Below, in pieces: positions 11,516 through 22,984 of a DNA stretch of 33,097 nucleotides; the first letter of the stretch is position 1, and each line of letters begins with the position of its first letter. Position numbers and translations under genes: made by a program. Under the pieces are notes generated by a model. It had not been told where the DNA came from. It saw only the letters and a program-made list of their open reading frames with translations, and ran no database searches. Source of the stretch: Octopus bimaculoides (Eukaryota); the NCBI RefSeq assembly GCF_001194135.2, contig NC_069004.1, positions 18,351,898 through 18,384,994 of the forward strand. Direction: 5' to 3'.

Positions 11516-12189
11516 GTTACTTACGTATGTGTATATATATATATATGTGTATGTGTGTATCTGTGTGTGTGTGTGCGTGCGTGCGCGCGCGTGTGTGCGT
11601 GCGTGCGCGCGTGTGTGTACGTAAACGGACGGATCACCCCAGTGGAGGTTCTCCGACTATCTAGTAATAGCACAGACCCTCAGAAATTCTCCGTTTGTAT
11701 TCTGTGTGCTAGAAGACCACTGAGAGTGAGGCACCACTTAGCTTTTTGTTAAAGCATATCTCTAGAAGGTTACTGTGATATAAAACCAGATATGCAGAGA
11801 ATGGCATTGAATATTCTCAGGATCTTCTGCATGCGCCCCAGATCATGGCGTTCCCATATTCCTGAGACCACAACTCATATTGGCACAGGCTATCTTACCC
11901 TGGCTTGACTCTTGGTCATGTCAGTAAGGCGGAGAGTGTCTGTGAAGTACTGTGCAATCCTTATTGGGTCTAAAATTTTAGGTTGTGCAATTGCCGGTGA
12001 GGCAACTATCCAATGTCCGGTCGAGCAGGAGGGCGCCGCAGCGAGCATGGAAGCCGCGGATGCGAACCAGGGTGAAACTGACTGCTGGTGCAATACCCTC
12101 ATGCACAAGCATTGCAGGCATATTGCATGAATAATGATCAGTGATGGTCTTCTTTGGTTACGAGTGGACAGCCATCGTCATCATGGTTA

Positions 12190-12335
12190 CATGTATGTAT
12201 GTATGTATGTATGTATGTATGTATTTATGTATGTATGTATTTATGTATGTATGTATGTATGTATGTATGTATGTATGTATGCATACATGTATGCATGCAT
12301 GTATGTATGTATGTATGTATGTATGTATGTATGTG
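12190..12335. repeat. (TATG)n microsatellite
   Basis: Direct read. Confidence 0.95.
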
Positions 12336-12337
12336 TG

Positions 12338-12482
12338 AAGGCTCGTGACCTAATGGTTACGGTGTTGCGCTCACGATAGAGAGATCATGGTTTCGATTAT
12401 CAGGCGGGCAGCACAATGTGTTCTTGAGCAAAACACTTCATTTTATGCTACCCCAGTCCACTCAGCTGTAAATGACTAGCGC
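12338..12482 (+). mobile_element. tRNA-derived SINE, family C (V/Meta-like central domain), 5' part
   Basis: taatggttacggtgttgcgctcacgat..ggtttcgatt (A/B boxes) then gtgttcttgagcaaaacacttcattttatgctaccccagtccactcagctgtaaatg; homologous to 31140-31418. Confidence 0.75.
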
Positions 12483-13539
12483 CCCGTTCATGATGAAAGT
12501 TGTGGGCCCACTGAGCCCTTCGACACAAAACAGTAATGTTCAATAGACTTACAAAATGTAACTTACTTGATACAAGCGTATGTGTTTGTAAATGGCTCGT
12601 AAGGTCTAGTTTGATGTGTATTGCAAGTACACATTGTCCTACACAATATATGATTGCTTGTATCCTACTCACAAAAGAGATAGTATGAGTGACCATGATG
12701 ACGATGCACTAAGAAAGGGCGAGTGTCCAGTGCCCTAAAACTGCTCTCCCGCTGCCTCACCCGAGGATTTTATAAACCAAATGGCAATTTGTGATAACCC
12801 GAAGGAATCCTCCAGATGTGCTATGTCCTCGCTATAGTGGTATGAATGACCCATCAATACTTAGACGCGCTTTAGTAAAGCTGCTAGGTTTACTTTAAAA
12901 GATGGAATATTAATTCTCAAAGCTAAAAGCTGGCTCAGCCACCAAACTTTGTCAAAACAACAAAATATTCTAACGATGGGATAAGTAACGGAGAGAAGAT
13001 GTTACGTGTATCACAGAAATGGATTAAAGCGAAAACGAAGCTCAACATCTGATTAATAAAACCTATGATAAACGCATTGCAAAAGTTGGCGCATGGAGTG
13101 TATCTTATTCAAAACGTTGAGATTACTTTCTTCAGACTTAAAGACATTGAGATGATCTGGACTTCACTCAACAGTAGTGTTAGTAATTAAATCGATATTT
13201 GTATAAGCACAAAATGGCACACTTTCCTGCATAGAGAGCAACTTAGACAAAATAAAGGAATCAAACCAGCGCAACGCTTTGCTACTGAGAATTTGAAACC
13301 ATATGCTACTGAAAATGAGGTAATCAAACCAGATATATTCTGTGTAGAGGTAAGAAATATATTTTGTTTCAAGAGAATATTGAAGAACAATGAGGCCGTT
13401 TTTACTGTTATTGATGGACACAGGCATTTTCAGTGAGAAAATGGACAGCAAGAAAATAGAGAAGGTATTAGCAGACTTCTGGGATTTAATAACTGAGAGA
13501 AAAGATGTAAAAATCGAACCATATTCAACCAGAATTTTG

Positions 13540-13810
13540 AACGAGCGGAGAGGTGAAAATGGATATTGTAGTTTTCGGGATAAAAGAACGAAGTTACAGG
13601 ACAGAGAACTGGAGATGTTTAGAAGCCAAAATATACCGAGGCACTAAGAGATCTTGGGGCATATTCATACGTCAAAATGGAATTAAAATTACCTTGCTCG
13701 ATATCCATCATAAAGCAATTGAATGGATACCAGATATACGAGGAAAAGGTAAGTAAGATCTCCGTATGAAACGGGAAAGATTTTGTGAAGGATCAGTAGA
13801 AACAGGAAAA
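13540..13810 (+). mobile_element. Possible highly decayed RTE-type LINE 3' coding remnant
   Basis: SWGIFIRQNG..KAIEWIPDIRGKGK*DLRMKREDFVKD weakly resembles the RTE C-terminal WAGHIARQ..EWxP..GKRxRGRPxxRWxD motif. Confidence 0.3.
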
Positions 13811-13907
13811 GAGGAGGGGGTGATTGGAGCAGAATGGGGAGAAAAACATTCTACCAATGAGGATGGGTGAATTGAAGATAAGTTACACACACACACACAC
13901 ATACAGA

Positions 13908-13939
<32 letters not shown>

Positions 13940-14379
13940 NNNNNNNNNNNNNNNNNNNNNNNNNNNNNNNNNNNNNNNNNNNNNNNNNNNNNNNNNNNNN
14001 NNNNNNNNNNNNNNNNNNNNNNNNNNNNNNNNNNNNNNNNNNNNNNNNNNNNNNNNNNNNNNNNNNNNNNNNNNNNNNNNNNNNNNNNNNNNNNNNNNNN
14101 NNNNNNNNNNNNNNNNNNNNNNNNNNNNNNNNNNNNNNNNNNNNNNNNNNNNNNNNNNNNNNNNNNNNNNNNNNNNNNNNNNNNNNNNNNNNNNNNNNNN
14201 NNNNNNNNNNNNNNNNNNNNNNNNNNNNATATATACATATAGATACGTACGCACATAATATAGTATTAAATCAATAAGTGCTTAGAGATAGCTAAGTGTT
14301 CTCTCTAGATTGAATACAGATAGACCGGGCAGGTGTGCTGTGCTGTAAATCTTTTTAAATACAGGCTGAGATTGAGTGG

Positions 14380-14946
14380 GTTAATTGTGCATGTGTATGT
14401 GCATATTGCCAATAGAATTGTGTATGCTTGCATATGCATGCAATTGTGTATGTTTGTATGAGTGAATGTGTGAGCGTGTGTGATTCTATATAAGTATATC
14501 GCAGCATGAATGTACATTTGCGTATGAGCATGCATGCATGTATGTGTGTACATGTACGTATGTGTGTGTACATGTATGTATGCATGAACAAGTGTATGTA
14601 TGTATGTATGTGCTTGTGTGTGTATATATATATGTATGTACATGTACGTATGCTTGCATGTATGCACGTATGTATGTATGTATGTATGTATGTATGTATG
14701 TACGTACGTACGTATGTATGTATGTATGTATGGATGGATGTCTGTATAGTTACTGATATACGGATATATATATATCTCTACATACATACATGCATGCATA
14801 CATACATACATACATGCGCAAGCAAGAGTGTTTGCATGTCTTGCTCTCGCATTCTCAGTGGCTTCTCGAGGGCAAACACATTCCTTTCCTTTACATACAC
14901 ATTCTGTAGAAAAAAATTTGTTTCAAAATTTCAATTTATTCATCTT

Positions 14947-14982
<36 letters not shown>

Positions 14983-15045
14983 CACACTCTCTCTCTCTCT
15001 CTCTCCCTTTTCTCTCGCTTTCTCTCTCTCTCTCCTTCTCTCTTT
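14380..15045. repeat. Degenerate (TATG)n/(TG)n tract followed by (CT)n
   Basis: Direct read. Confidence 0.85.
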
Positions 15046-15235
15046 TTTTCATTCTTACTCTCTTACACACAGAGTCTCAATGCAAATTTGTATGTAAGCC
15101 TAAGTGTACGTAGATGTATACACGGATACATACAAACGCCTATATAAATATACAGACGACCTTACATTTATAAATACATACACACATATATATATGTGTG
15201 TGTGTGTATACAATACATACAAGCATGCATATGTC

Positions 15236-15296
15236 TTCTTTTATCTTTTACCTGTTTCAGTCATGTGACTGTGGCCATGCTGGGGCACGACCTTGA
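15236..15296 (-). mobile_element. SINE family A 3' tail fragment
   Basis: cttttatcttttacctgtttcagtcatgtgactgtggccatgctggggcacgacctt. Confidence 0.75.
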
Positions 15297-15503
15297 AAAA
15301 ATTGGCAAAGGTGGTGGCAGGGCTTGAGAGTCGACAATGTGGCCGGCGAGGCAATCTTCAAAAGTGATATGATAGGGTGTATTTACACTGTCCACCCAAA
15401 GGACCAGGTATGCTTTTATTTGCGGATGCTTCTCTTTCACGTCAAAGGTCCAGAATTATTTGCTGACACGAGGTCTATCGACGGAGAAATCTACTCTACT
15501 TAT
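15297..15503 (+). pseudogene. Helitron Rep/helicase (RepHel) fragment
   Basis: One open frame: KNWQRWWQGLRVDNVAGEAIFKSDMIGCIYTVHPKDQVCFYLRMLLFHVKGPELFADTRSIDGEIYSTY, matching the Helitron motif IGRxYTVHP...ECFYLRxLLxxVxGPxSFxDLRTVxG. Bounded by a SINE tail and (TA)n. Confidence 0.85.
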
Positions 15504-15642
15504 ATATATACATACATATATATATATATATATAAACACACTAACGTGAACCCACTATCCTAAATATAGTGTATTTCTTATATTTGGTTTGGTATATGTT
15601 ATAAATTAATTCGTGTTCTTGTATGTATAAATGAATGAATGA

Positions 15643-15674
<32 letters not shown>

Positions 15675-15899
15675 TTGTATGTATGTATGTGTATATGTGT
15701 GAGTTCTTACTAGCGTGTGTGTGTGCATTTTATTTCTCTCGCTTTTCTCTTTCCATTCACAGCAATGTTACCCTTTCTCCTCTTAGTTTTTTTCATACCC
15801 ACCTTCTACTCTTTGTTTTCTCTTTTCCCCCCATATAAAGCCTATTAATATTAGCTTTTTTATGTTACTCACAAGTAGGAAAGGGATTCTTTCCAAGGC

Positions 15900-16250
15900 C
15901 ACTACTCTCTTATAAATATAATGCACCTATCTCATAAACTTCCTATCGTCTGCTTCTTGTCTCCCCTGGCCTCGTTCTTCATTTCGCTGTAGTCAGCTTT
16001 ATACCTCAATACCTGAATTTCTTTTTCTTGTTTACCCCTATTCCCTTGCATGGACAGTACGACAAAAAATAAGTCCGGATGGAACGCAAATTATTTTAAA
16101 ATATGGCAAAATATATACAATATGATTCAGCTTTTTGTTGTTGTTAGATCCTGCTTCGCCCCTTCGATAAGACCTATGAGAAATAGCGGTTCCACTGTAA
16201 CCATCTTGTCCTTCTTATATATAGCTGTATTCAAAATAGAAGCGACATTG
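15900..16250 (-). mobile_element. Possible decayed RTE-type LINE 3' remnant
   Basis: Minus-strand translation DKMVTVE..GAKQDLTTTKS*IILYIFCHILK..MQGNRGKQ..YSEMKNEA resembles RTE DKVTNEEVL..LLTTIKKRQL.FFGHI.R..GKRxRGR..Y.E.K..A. Confidence 0.4.
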
Positions 16251-16349
16251 GATAATGATGTTTGGGGTATACAGTCTTTGAAAAGAAAAAACATAAAGCC
16301 GGGATGACAATTATTGAATTGCGTTTGATCATGGAGCCACGAGTCCTAT

Positions 16350-16569
16350 TCTTATTTCATTATTGCCCACAAGGGGCTAAACAAAGAAGGGACAAACAAA
16401 GACAGACAAAGGTATTAAGTCAATTACATCGACCCCAGTGCGTAAATGGTACTTAATTTATCGACCTCGAAAGGATGAAAAGCAAAGTCCACCTCAGTGG
16501 AATTTGAACTCAGAACGTAACCGTTAAGAATTTCTCCCGGCGTGCTAACGATTCTGCTAGCTCGCCGCC
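16350..16569 (-). mobile_element. SINE family B
   Basis: atcgaccccagtgcgtaaatggtacttaatttatcgacctcgaaaggatgaaaagcaaagtccacctcagtggaatttgaactcagaacg..ccggcgtgctaacgattctgctagctc. Confidence 0.85.
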
Positions 16570-16656
16570 ACTAATCCTATGCTTACCTATCCAATGTAAT
16601 CGGAGACAAAATCATAATGAAACAATGTTTATGAAGTTCCTCACTTGATAAGAGAC

Positions 16657-16766
16657 TGATAGAATAAGAACCAGGCTTTAAGTACTGGAGTCAATTTGTC
16701 AGACTAAACCCTTCAAGGTGATGCCCCAGCATGGCCACAGATTTATGACTGAAACAAGTGAAAAAG
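16657..16766 (+). mobile_element. SINE family A 3' part
   Basis: gatagaataagaaccaggct..gccccagcatggccacagatttatgactgaaacaagtgaaaaaga. Confidence 0.75.
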
Positions 16767-16819
16767 ATCCTTCCAGTGTGGATAAATTAAAAGACCAGAC
16801 CCTGTTGAGAATAAATGTC

Positions 16820-16898
16820 ACCAGTACTTCACAGTTACTTAATTTAACGACCCAGAAAGGAAAGAAAGCAGAGATGGCATTGGCAAGATTTGAACTTG
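16820..16898 (-). mobile_element. Old decayed SINE family B fragment
   Basis: accagtact..ttacttaatttaacgacccagaaagga..gatttgaact aligns with the family B core. Confidence 0.55.
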
Positions 16899-17559
16899 AT
16901 GCAGAAATCTAGAACAAATACATCAAGGCATTTTGTTCGACGCGGAAACGATTCTGTTAATTCCTTTTCCTTAAAATTAACTCTAAGCATACTGACTTTA
17001 GGCTGGATTATCGTCGACTCGTTAAAGCAGTGGTTCTCAGTCATTTATTTATTTTTATTTTTTTACTTGGACTGTTTTGATTAGAATTTTATTCTGGTGG
17101 AAGCTATTCGATGTTTAAATTGTAATTTTAAAGAAAGATATTTTAAAATTCCTGTTTTGCTTTTTCACTCATTCACTTGTGCAGATTTCGAATAGAACTT
17201 TCTAAGAGAACATATTTCAGTGGCTGGAGACATGTTAAACTATGTAAAACGTTAGAGAAAGAAACTGAGCTGTTTCTTGCAATCAATACATTTAGAGCAA
17301 ATGTTTTTCACGAATCTTTAACATACAACAGTATATCACCAATTTACTATTTTTCTTGCGTGGAATCGCCAGAAATCTTATATGGCTCCCGGATGAGAGA
17401 CTCTCTGCGCTAAAACGTGGGATCCCGTTGTAATCAATTTTACTTTGTATCCTCCCGAAATTGATAAGTACCAGTGACATGCGGAAGAATGTTTATACTG
17501 CTATAACGCATCCTAGACGTAGAAAGAATTATTGAAAGCAAATATAAATAGTCGCCAAC

Positions 17560-18083
17560 ACACACGCAAGCACAGACACAGGCACACACACACACACACA
17601 TGACCACACACACGCATACACACACACGCATACACACACGCATACTTACATACATACATGCATGCATGCTTAAATATATATATATATATATACATATAGA
17701 TATGCACACACACTCGCACATATACATAAATACATCTACACAGACGTATAATCAAATGATAAAATATTCCAAAACAGCCACTCACCCTCGAATACGGATG
17801 TATAACGTAGACTTATTCACAGACCCACATATACATTCCTGTATGTATTTGTGAGTGTGTGTGTGTGTGTGTGTGTGTATGTTCAGGTATGCGTATGCAC
17901 ATTCAAGCGCAGACACACGCGCATACACACATACACAAAGATGCATGAGATATGGAATTAAATTCATATTTAAATGCATGGGTATGTGTATATGTCTGCG
18001 CACTTTTCTTCATGCACACATACATAATAATGCATAATACACACACTGGCGAACACGCATAGATACATACACACGTATGCAAT

Positions 18084-18120
<37 letters not shown>

Positions 18121-18320
18121 ACACATACAGGTATTTATAAATTCTTGTGTGTATATGTGTGTGTCTGTGAGTGTGTTTGCGTATGTATGTGTGTGTAAAA
18201 TATAAGTTATACTATAATACATATATATTTATATTTATATTATATATACTCAGACATACAATCATATATATATATACACACACATACACACATATATATA
18301 TATACATACATATATGTGCA

Positions 18321-18361
<41 letters not shown>

Positions 18362-19119
18362 TCACACACACATGTATATATATATATGTATATATACTAC
18401 AGCAAATGAAAGATGGAAGATGGAATATATNNNNNNNNNNNNNNNNNNNNNNNNNNNNNNNNNNNNNNNNNNNNNNNNNNNNNNNNNNNNNNNNNNNNNN
18501 NNNNNNNNNNNNNNNNNNNNNNNNNNNNNNNNNNNNNNNNNNNNNNNNNNNNNNNNNNNNNNNNNNNNNNNNNNNNNNNNNNNNNNNNNNNNNNNNNNNN
18601 NNNNNNNNNNNNNNNNNNNNNNNNNNNNNNNNNNNNNNNNNNNNNNNNNNNNNNNNNNNNNNNNNNNNNNNNNNNNNNNNNNNNNNNNNNNNNNNNNNNN
18701 NNNNNNNNNNNNNNNNNNNNNNNNNNNNNNNNNNNNNNNNNNNNNNNNNNNNNNNNNNNNNNNNNNNNNNNNNNNNNNNNNNNNNNNNNNNNNNNNNNNN
18801 NNNNNNNNNNNNNNNNNNNNNNNNNNNNNNNNNNNNNNNNNNNNNNNNNNNNNNNNNNNNNNNNNNNNNNNNNNNNNNNNNNNNNNNNNNNNNNNNNNNN
18901 NNNNNNNNNNNNNNNNNNNNNNNNNNNNNNNNNNNNNNNNNNNNNNNNNNNNNNNNNNNNNNNNNNNNNNNNNNNNNNNNNNNNNNNNNNNNNNNNNNNN
19001 NNNNNNNNNNNNNNNNNNNNNNNNNNNNNNNNNNNNNNNNNNNNNNNNNNNNNNNNNNNNNNNNNNNNNNNNNNNNNNNNNNNNNNNNNNNNNNNNNNNN
19101 NNNNNNNNNNNNNNNNNNN

Positions 19120-19175
<56 letters not shown>

Positions 19176-19395
19176 TCATATACATACACACACAAACTCA
19201 CACACACACGCAACAGTACACACATATATAAACATGCATACATACGAACAACATACACATATATACATATGTATATATATATGTATGTATATATATATGT
19301 ATATATATATGTTTATATATGTGTGTGTGTGTATGCATATATATGTATATGTGTGTTTGCACCGGCGTACACACACACACATACACACATACACA
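17560..19395. repeat. Extended (CA)n/(TA)n/(TG)n simple-repeat zone (includes gap 18431-19119)
   Basis: Direct read. Confidence 0.85.
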
Positions 19396-19932
19396 CAGAG
19401 GAAGCAAGAATTAAGTCACGTAGGAAGAGAGAAAGAGAAGAAAGAAAAGAGGAAATATTTTTTTGAATATTGAATACTTTTAAGACGGGAAATAAAGCAA
19501 AAATATAAATGTATATATTTTAATCATTGTAAGAACTTTCTGGAAATCCTTATTGTAATGTTTTAATGAAAAAAAATTAAGTTTTTTTTTTTTCTCTCTC
19601 TCTCTTTTTGTCATTAAAGAAATATTATTTTTGGTGTTTATTGTGATGTGGACAGCGTGTTTTGATGTTAAAACATCGTCAGGAGAATCTTCGTAGACCA
19701 GCTTTGGTTAACATTGCCACATGGTGTATATTTGTCCCGTCATCTTATGGAAGTGTTTGATTGTTACAATTGTTGTTATTTTGCTGCGGTTGTTTAAGAA
19801 TAAAAAAAAAAACTGTGGTTAACGAGTACACGATTCGCAAACCTGTGGTTCCGAGGTCTATCACGCACACACATATAAAAGGAGCCAGTGGTGTATATAT
19901 TTGTGCCTTATTGTGTGTGTGTGTGTGTGTGA

Positions 19933-19963
<31 letters not shown>

Positions 19964-20220
19964 TACATATGATTATGTATGTATTATGTATGTGTCTATA
20001 TACATTCATGAGAGAGATCAAGACGGTCGCTAACAAGGCAATAAGACATCTTGGGTCAATAGAGTTCCAGGCGTTTGTAAATATGTGATTGAGTAGATAT
20101 GCTTTGTATTTTCGTATGTATGTATGTATGTATCGATGTCGTTTAGGCAAGGTCATTTTGGCGTTGCGGATTCGACGTTGACCTCCTTGATCTCAAGCGT
20201 TTTAATGTTTCTGTAGTTCT

Positions 20221-20221
20221 T

Positions 20222-20299
<78 letters not shown>

Positions 20300-20565
20300 C
20301 TTTTATCTGTATGCATATATTTTTGCGCAGGTACTCGCGTGCGTGTTTGCCTCCAGTGCCAAAAAATAGCCAACAAAACTGTTTCAATATCTTCTCAGCT
20401 GCACAAAACCGTCTCTTCCCGTACACACACAAGCATCTATGTATGTATGTATGTATGTATGTATGTATGTATGTATGTATGTATGTATGTATGTATGTAT
20501 GTATATATGTATGTATGTACGTACGCATGTACGTACGTACATATGTATGTATGTATGTATGTATG
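20221..20565. repeat. (CT)n-(CA)n and (TATG)n microsatellites
   Basis: Direct read (20221-20297 and 20438-20565). Confidence 0.9.
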
Positions 20566-20669
20566 TCCATGCCAATACAAAATGGCGCATCGACTCGCGT
20601 CTCTTGGCGTCTGAAGGTAAATTTGCTGTTCGACAAAAGGTATTTATAAAACATTTGCCAGACTGAATC

Positions 20670-20884
20670 AAGTAAAATAATGGTATTAAAATTTGGCACA
20701 AGGCCGGCAAGTTTGGGGTGGGGGATAAGTCGATTACATCAACCCTAGTGTTCAACTGGTACTTATTTTTTTCGATCTCGAAAGGATGAAAGGTAAAGTC
20801 AACCTCGGCGGATTTGAACTCAGAATGTAAGGATGGATGAAATGCTGCTAAGCATTTTCCCGGTGTGTTAACGATACTGCCAGC
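20670..20884 (-). mobile_element. SINE family B
   Basis: ttggcacaaggcc..aagtcgattacatcaaccctag..ctggtacttat..cgaaaggatgaaaggtaaagtcaacctcggcggatttgaactcagaa..taacgatactgccagc. Confidence 0.85.
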
Positions 20885-21113
<229 letters not shown>

Positions 21114-21167
21114 TCCGGCGTATAAACGATTCTGCTTTTGAATCCAGTAAAATATTAAAATACATTG

Positions 21168-21359
21168 GGATTTAACTGATTTCTATTTGTATTGTTATAC
21201 GACAAAATCTTCCCTCTACAAGACCGACCGAATTGAAACATCTGATTTACATGATAACCTAGAGAAGAACTATAGAAGAGTGAAATGTCTAAATACCATC
21301 AAACTATGGTAGTGAATGCTACAGCAGAGCTAAACTACTTGTGTCAAATGAAACCGTTT
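21168..21359. repeat. Left copy of a dispersed inverted repeat (partner at 22703-22883)
   Basis: 21189-21354 equals the reverse complement of 22708-22873 at 165/166 positions. Confidence 0.95.
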
Positions 21360-21727
21360 GGCATGAGCTCCATAAAGCATGGATACCATGGGAAGGTCGC
21401 AAATGCTAAACGCTCATCTGGAGCAGCAAATCTTCTGGTTCCCTCAGCCTTAGTTACTGAAAAGTTTTACTTGAGGAAGGACTCAAAATTTCACTAAAAA
21501 CTGTTCGGAACTTGTGCGAATCAATTCCTCGACATACTAAAACTGTGATCAATGCCAAACTTTGGCCAACTCCAAATTGAATAAGAAGACTACCAAGTTG
21601 CCATTGTTTTGCCAAACCCATATACATACATACATACATACATACATTTACATACATTATATATACATACATACATACATAGATTTATATGTATGTATGT
21701 ATGTATATATATTGTGTGTGTGTGTGC

Positions 21728-21763
<36 letters not shown>

Positions 21764-21926
21764 NNNNNNNNNNNNNNNNNNNNNNNNNNNNNNNNNNNNN
21801 NNNNNNNNNNNNNNNNNNNNNNNNNNNNNNNNNNNNNNNNNNNNNNNNNNNNNNNNNNNNNNNNNNNNNNNNNNNNNNNNNNNNNNNNNNNNNNNNNNNN
21901 NNNNNNNNNNNNNNNNNNNNNNNNNN

Positions 21927-22115
21927 ATATGGGAACATTTACGAAAAAACAACAACGGACGAGGACAGGTAGTGTAACCAACAAAAGGACGTATTAGTTT
22001 AACGCTCGGGAATAGAGAAAGTCTTTAACGTTTCGAGCTACGCTCTTCAGCAGAAAGAAATAAGGAGAAAAACAAGGAGAAAAAAATATAAATGTAGTGG
22101 TCAGCGATCTATCAT
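21927..22115 (-). mobile_element. Short Penelope-end-like repeat carrying a hammerhead-like motif; ends at (TA)n
   Basis: Homologous to 32944-33097 (-) and more distantly 27090-27270 (+): motif followed by about 100 nt (..gagcgtt..ctaata..gttgtttttt..) then (TA)n. PLE origin is inferred from this architecture. Confidence 0.65.
22022..22058 (-). ncRNA. Minimal type I hammerhead-ribozyme-like motif (A6C core variant)
   Basis: Minus strand: TCTTT CTGCTGA A GAGC-GTA-GCTC GAAAC GT T AAAGA. Stem I 5 bp, stem II 4 bp, palindromic ACGT stem III. Confidence 0.55.
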
Positions 22116-22149
22116 GTATATATATATGAATGACATCAGAAAAGACAAA

Positions 22150-22150
22150 C

Positions 22151-22221
<71 letters not shown>

Positions 22222-22231
22222 NNNNNNNNNN

Positions 22232-22318
<87 letters not shown>
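22150..22318. repeat. (GATA)n microsatellite
   Basis: Direct read; includes a 10-N gap. Confidence 0.95.
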
Positions 22319-22320
22319 CG

Positions 22321-22466
22321 TATATTATTATTTAAAGCAGTTTGATTTGGCCTCGTAATTTGAAGTGTTGTAGGCTTCTTACAGAAATATAGCTCGTCTG
22401 GCTCAGTTAGCCTACGAAACTGTAAATCGCCTTGACCCAAATCAAACTGCTTTAAATAATAATATA
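22321..22466. mobile_element. MITE-like element, 30-bp perfect terminal inverted repeats
   Basis: tatattattatttaaagcagtttgatttgg (22321-22350) ... ccaaatcaaactgctttaaataataatata (22437-22466). The terminal TA could be a TA TSD. Confidence 0.7.
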
Positions 22467-22702
22467 AGTTTATACGTCCTAAATCAGTTGAGTGCCTCTT
22501 TCTTTTGTGTCTCTACTCACCCGTACACGCGCGTGCGCATACATACTCACACATCTATATACATATCTTAGCATGCTCCTATTGTATTTCTTGACGGCAA
22601 TTGCTTTTAAACTGGTAAATATCATAGCCTTTTATTCTTTCCATTGGTCATTACCCGATATGTTACTTTGTATTCTGCTTCCTAACCAAGGACCAAAATC
22701 CG

Positions 22703-22883
22703 AAACTGTTTCATTTGACACAAGTAGTTTAGCTCTGCTGTAGCATTCACTACCATAGTTCGATGGTATTTAGACATTTCACTCTTCTATAGTTCTTCTC
22801 TAGGTTATCATGTAAATCAGATGTTTCAATTCGGTCGGTCTTGTAGAGGGAAGATTTTGTCGTATAACAATACAGTTAAATCC
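22703..22883. repeat. Right copy of the dispersed inverted repeat, flanked by the 14-bp direct repeat aaatccgaaactgt
   Basis: Direct repeat at 22696-22709 and 22878-22891. Confidence 0.95.
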
Positions 22884-22984
22884 GAAACTGTAATTCCTAC
22901 ACTTTGAAAATAATTGCTACATAGTTCCATCGTTTTTGTGTGTGTTTGTGTGATTTCCTGGACATAAAATGGTAAAAGATCATT

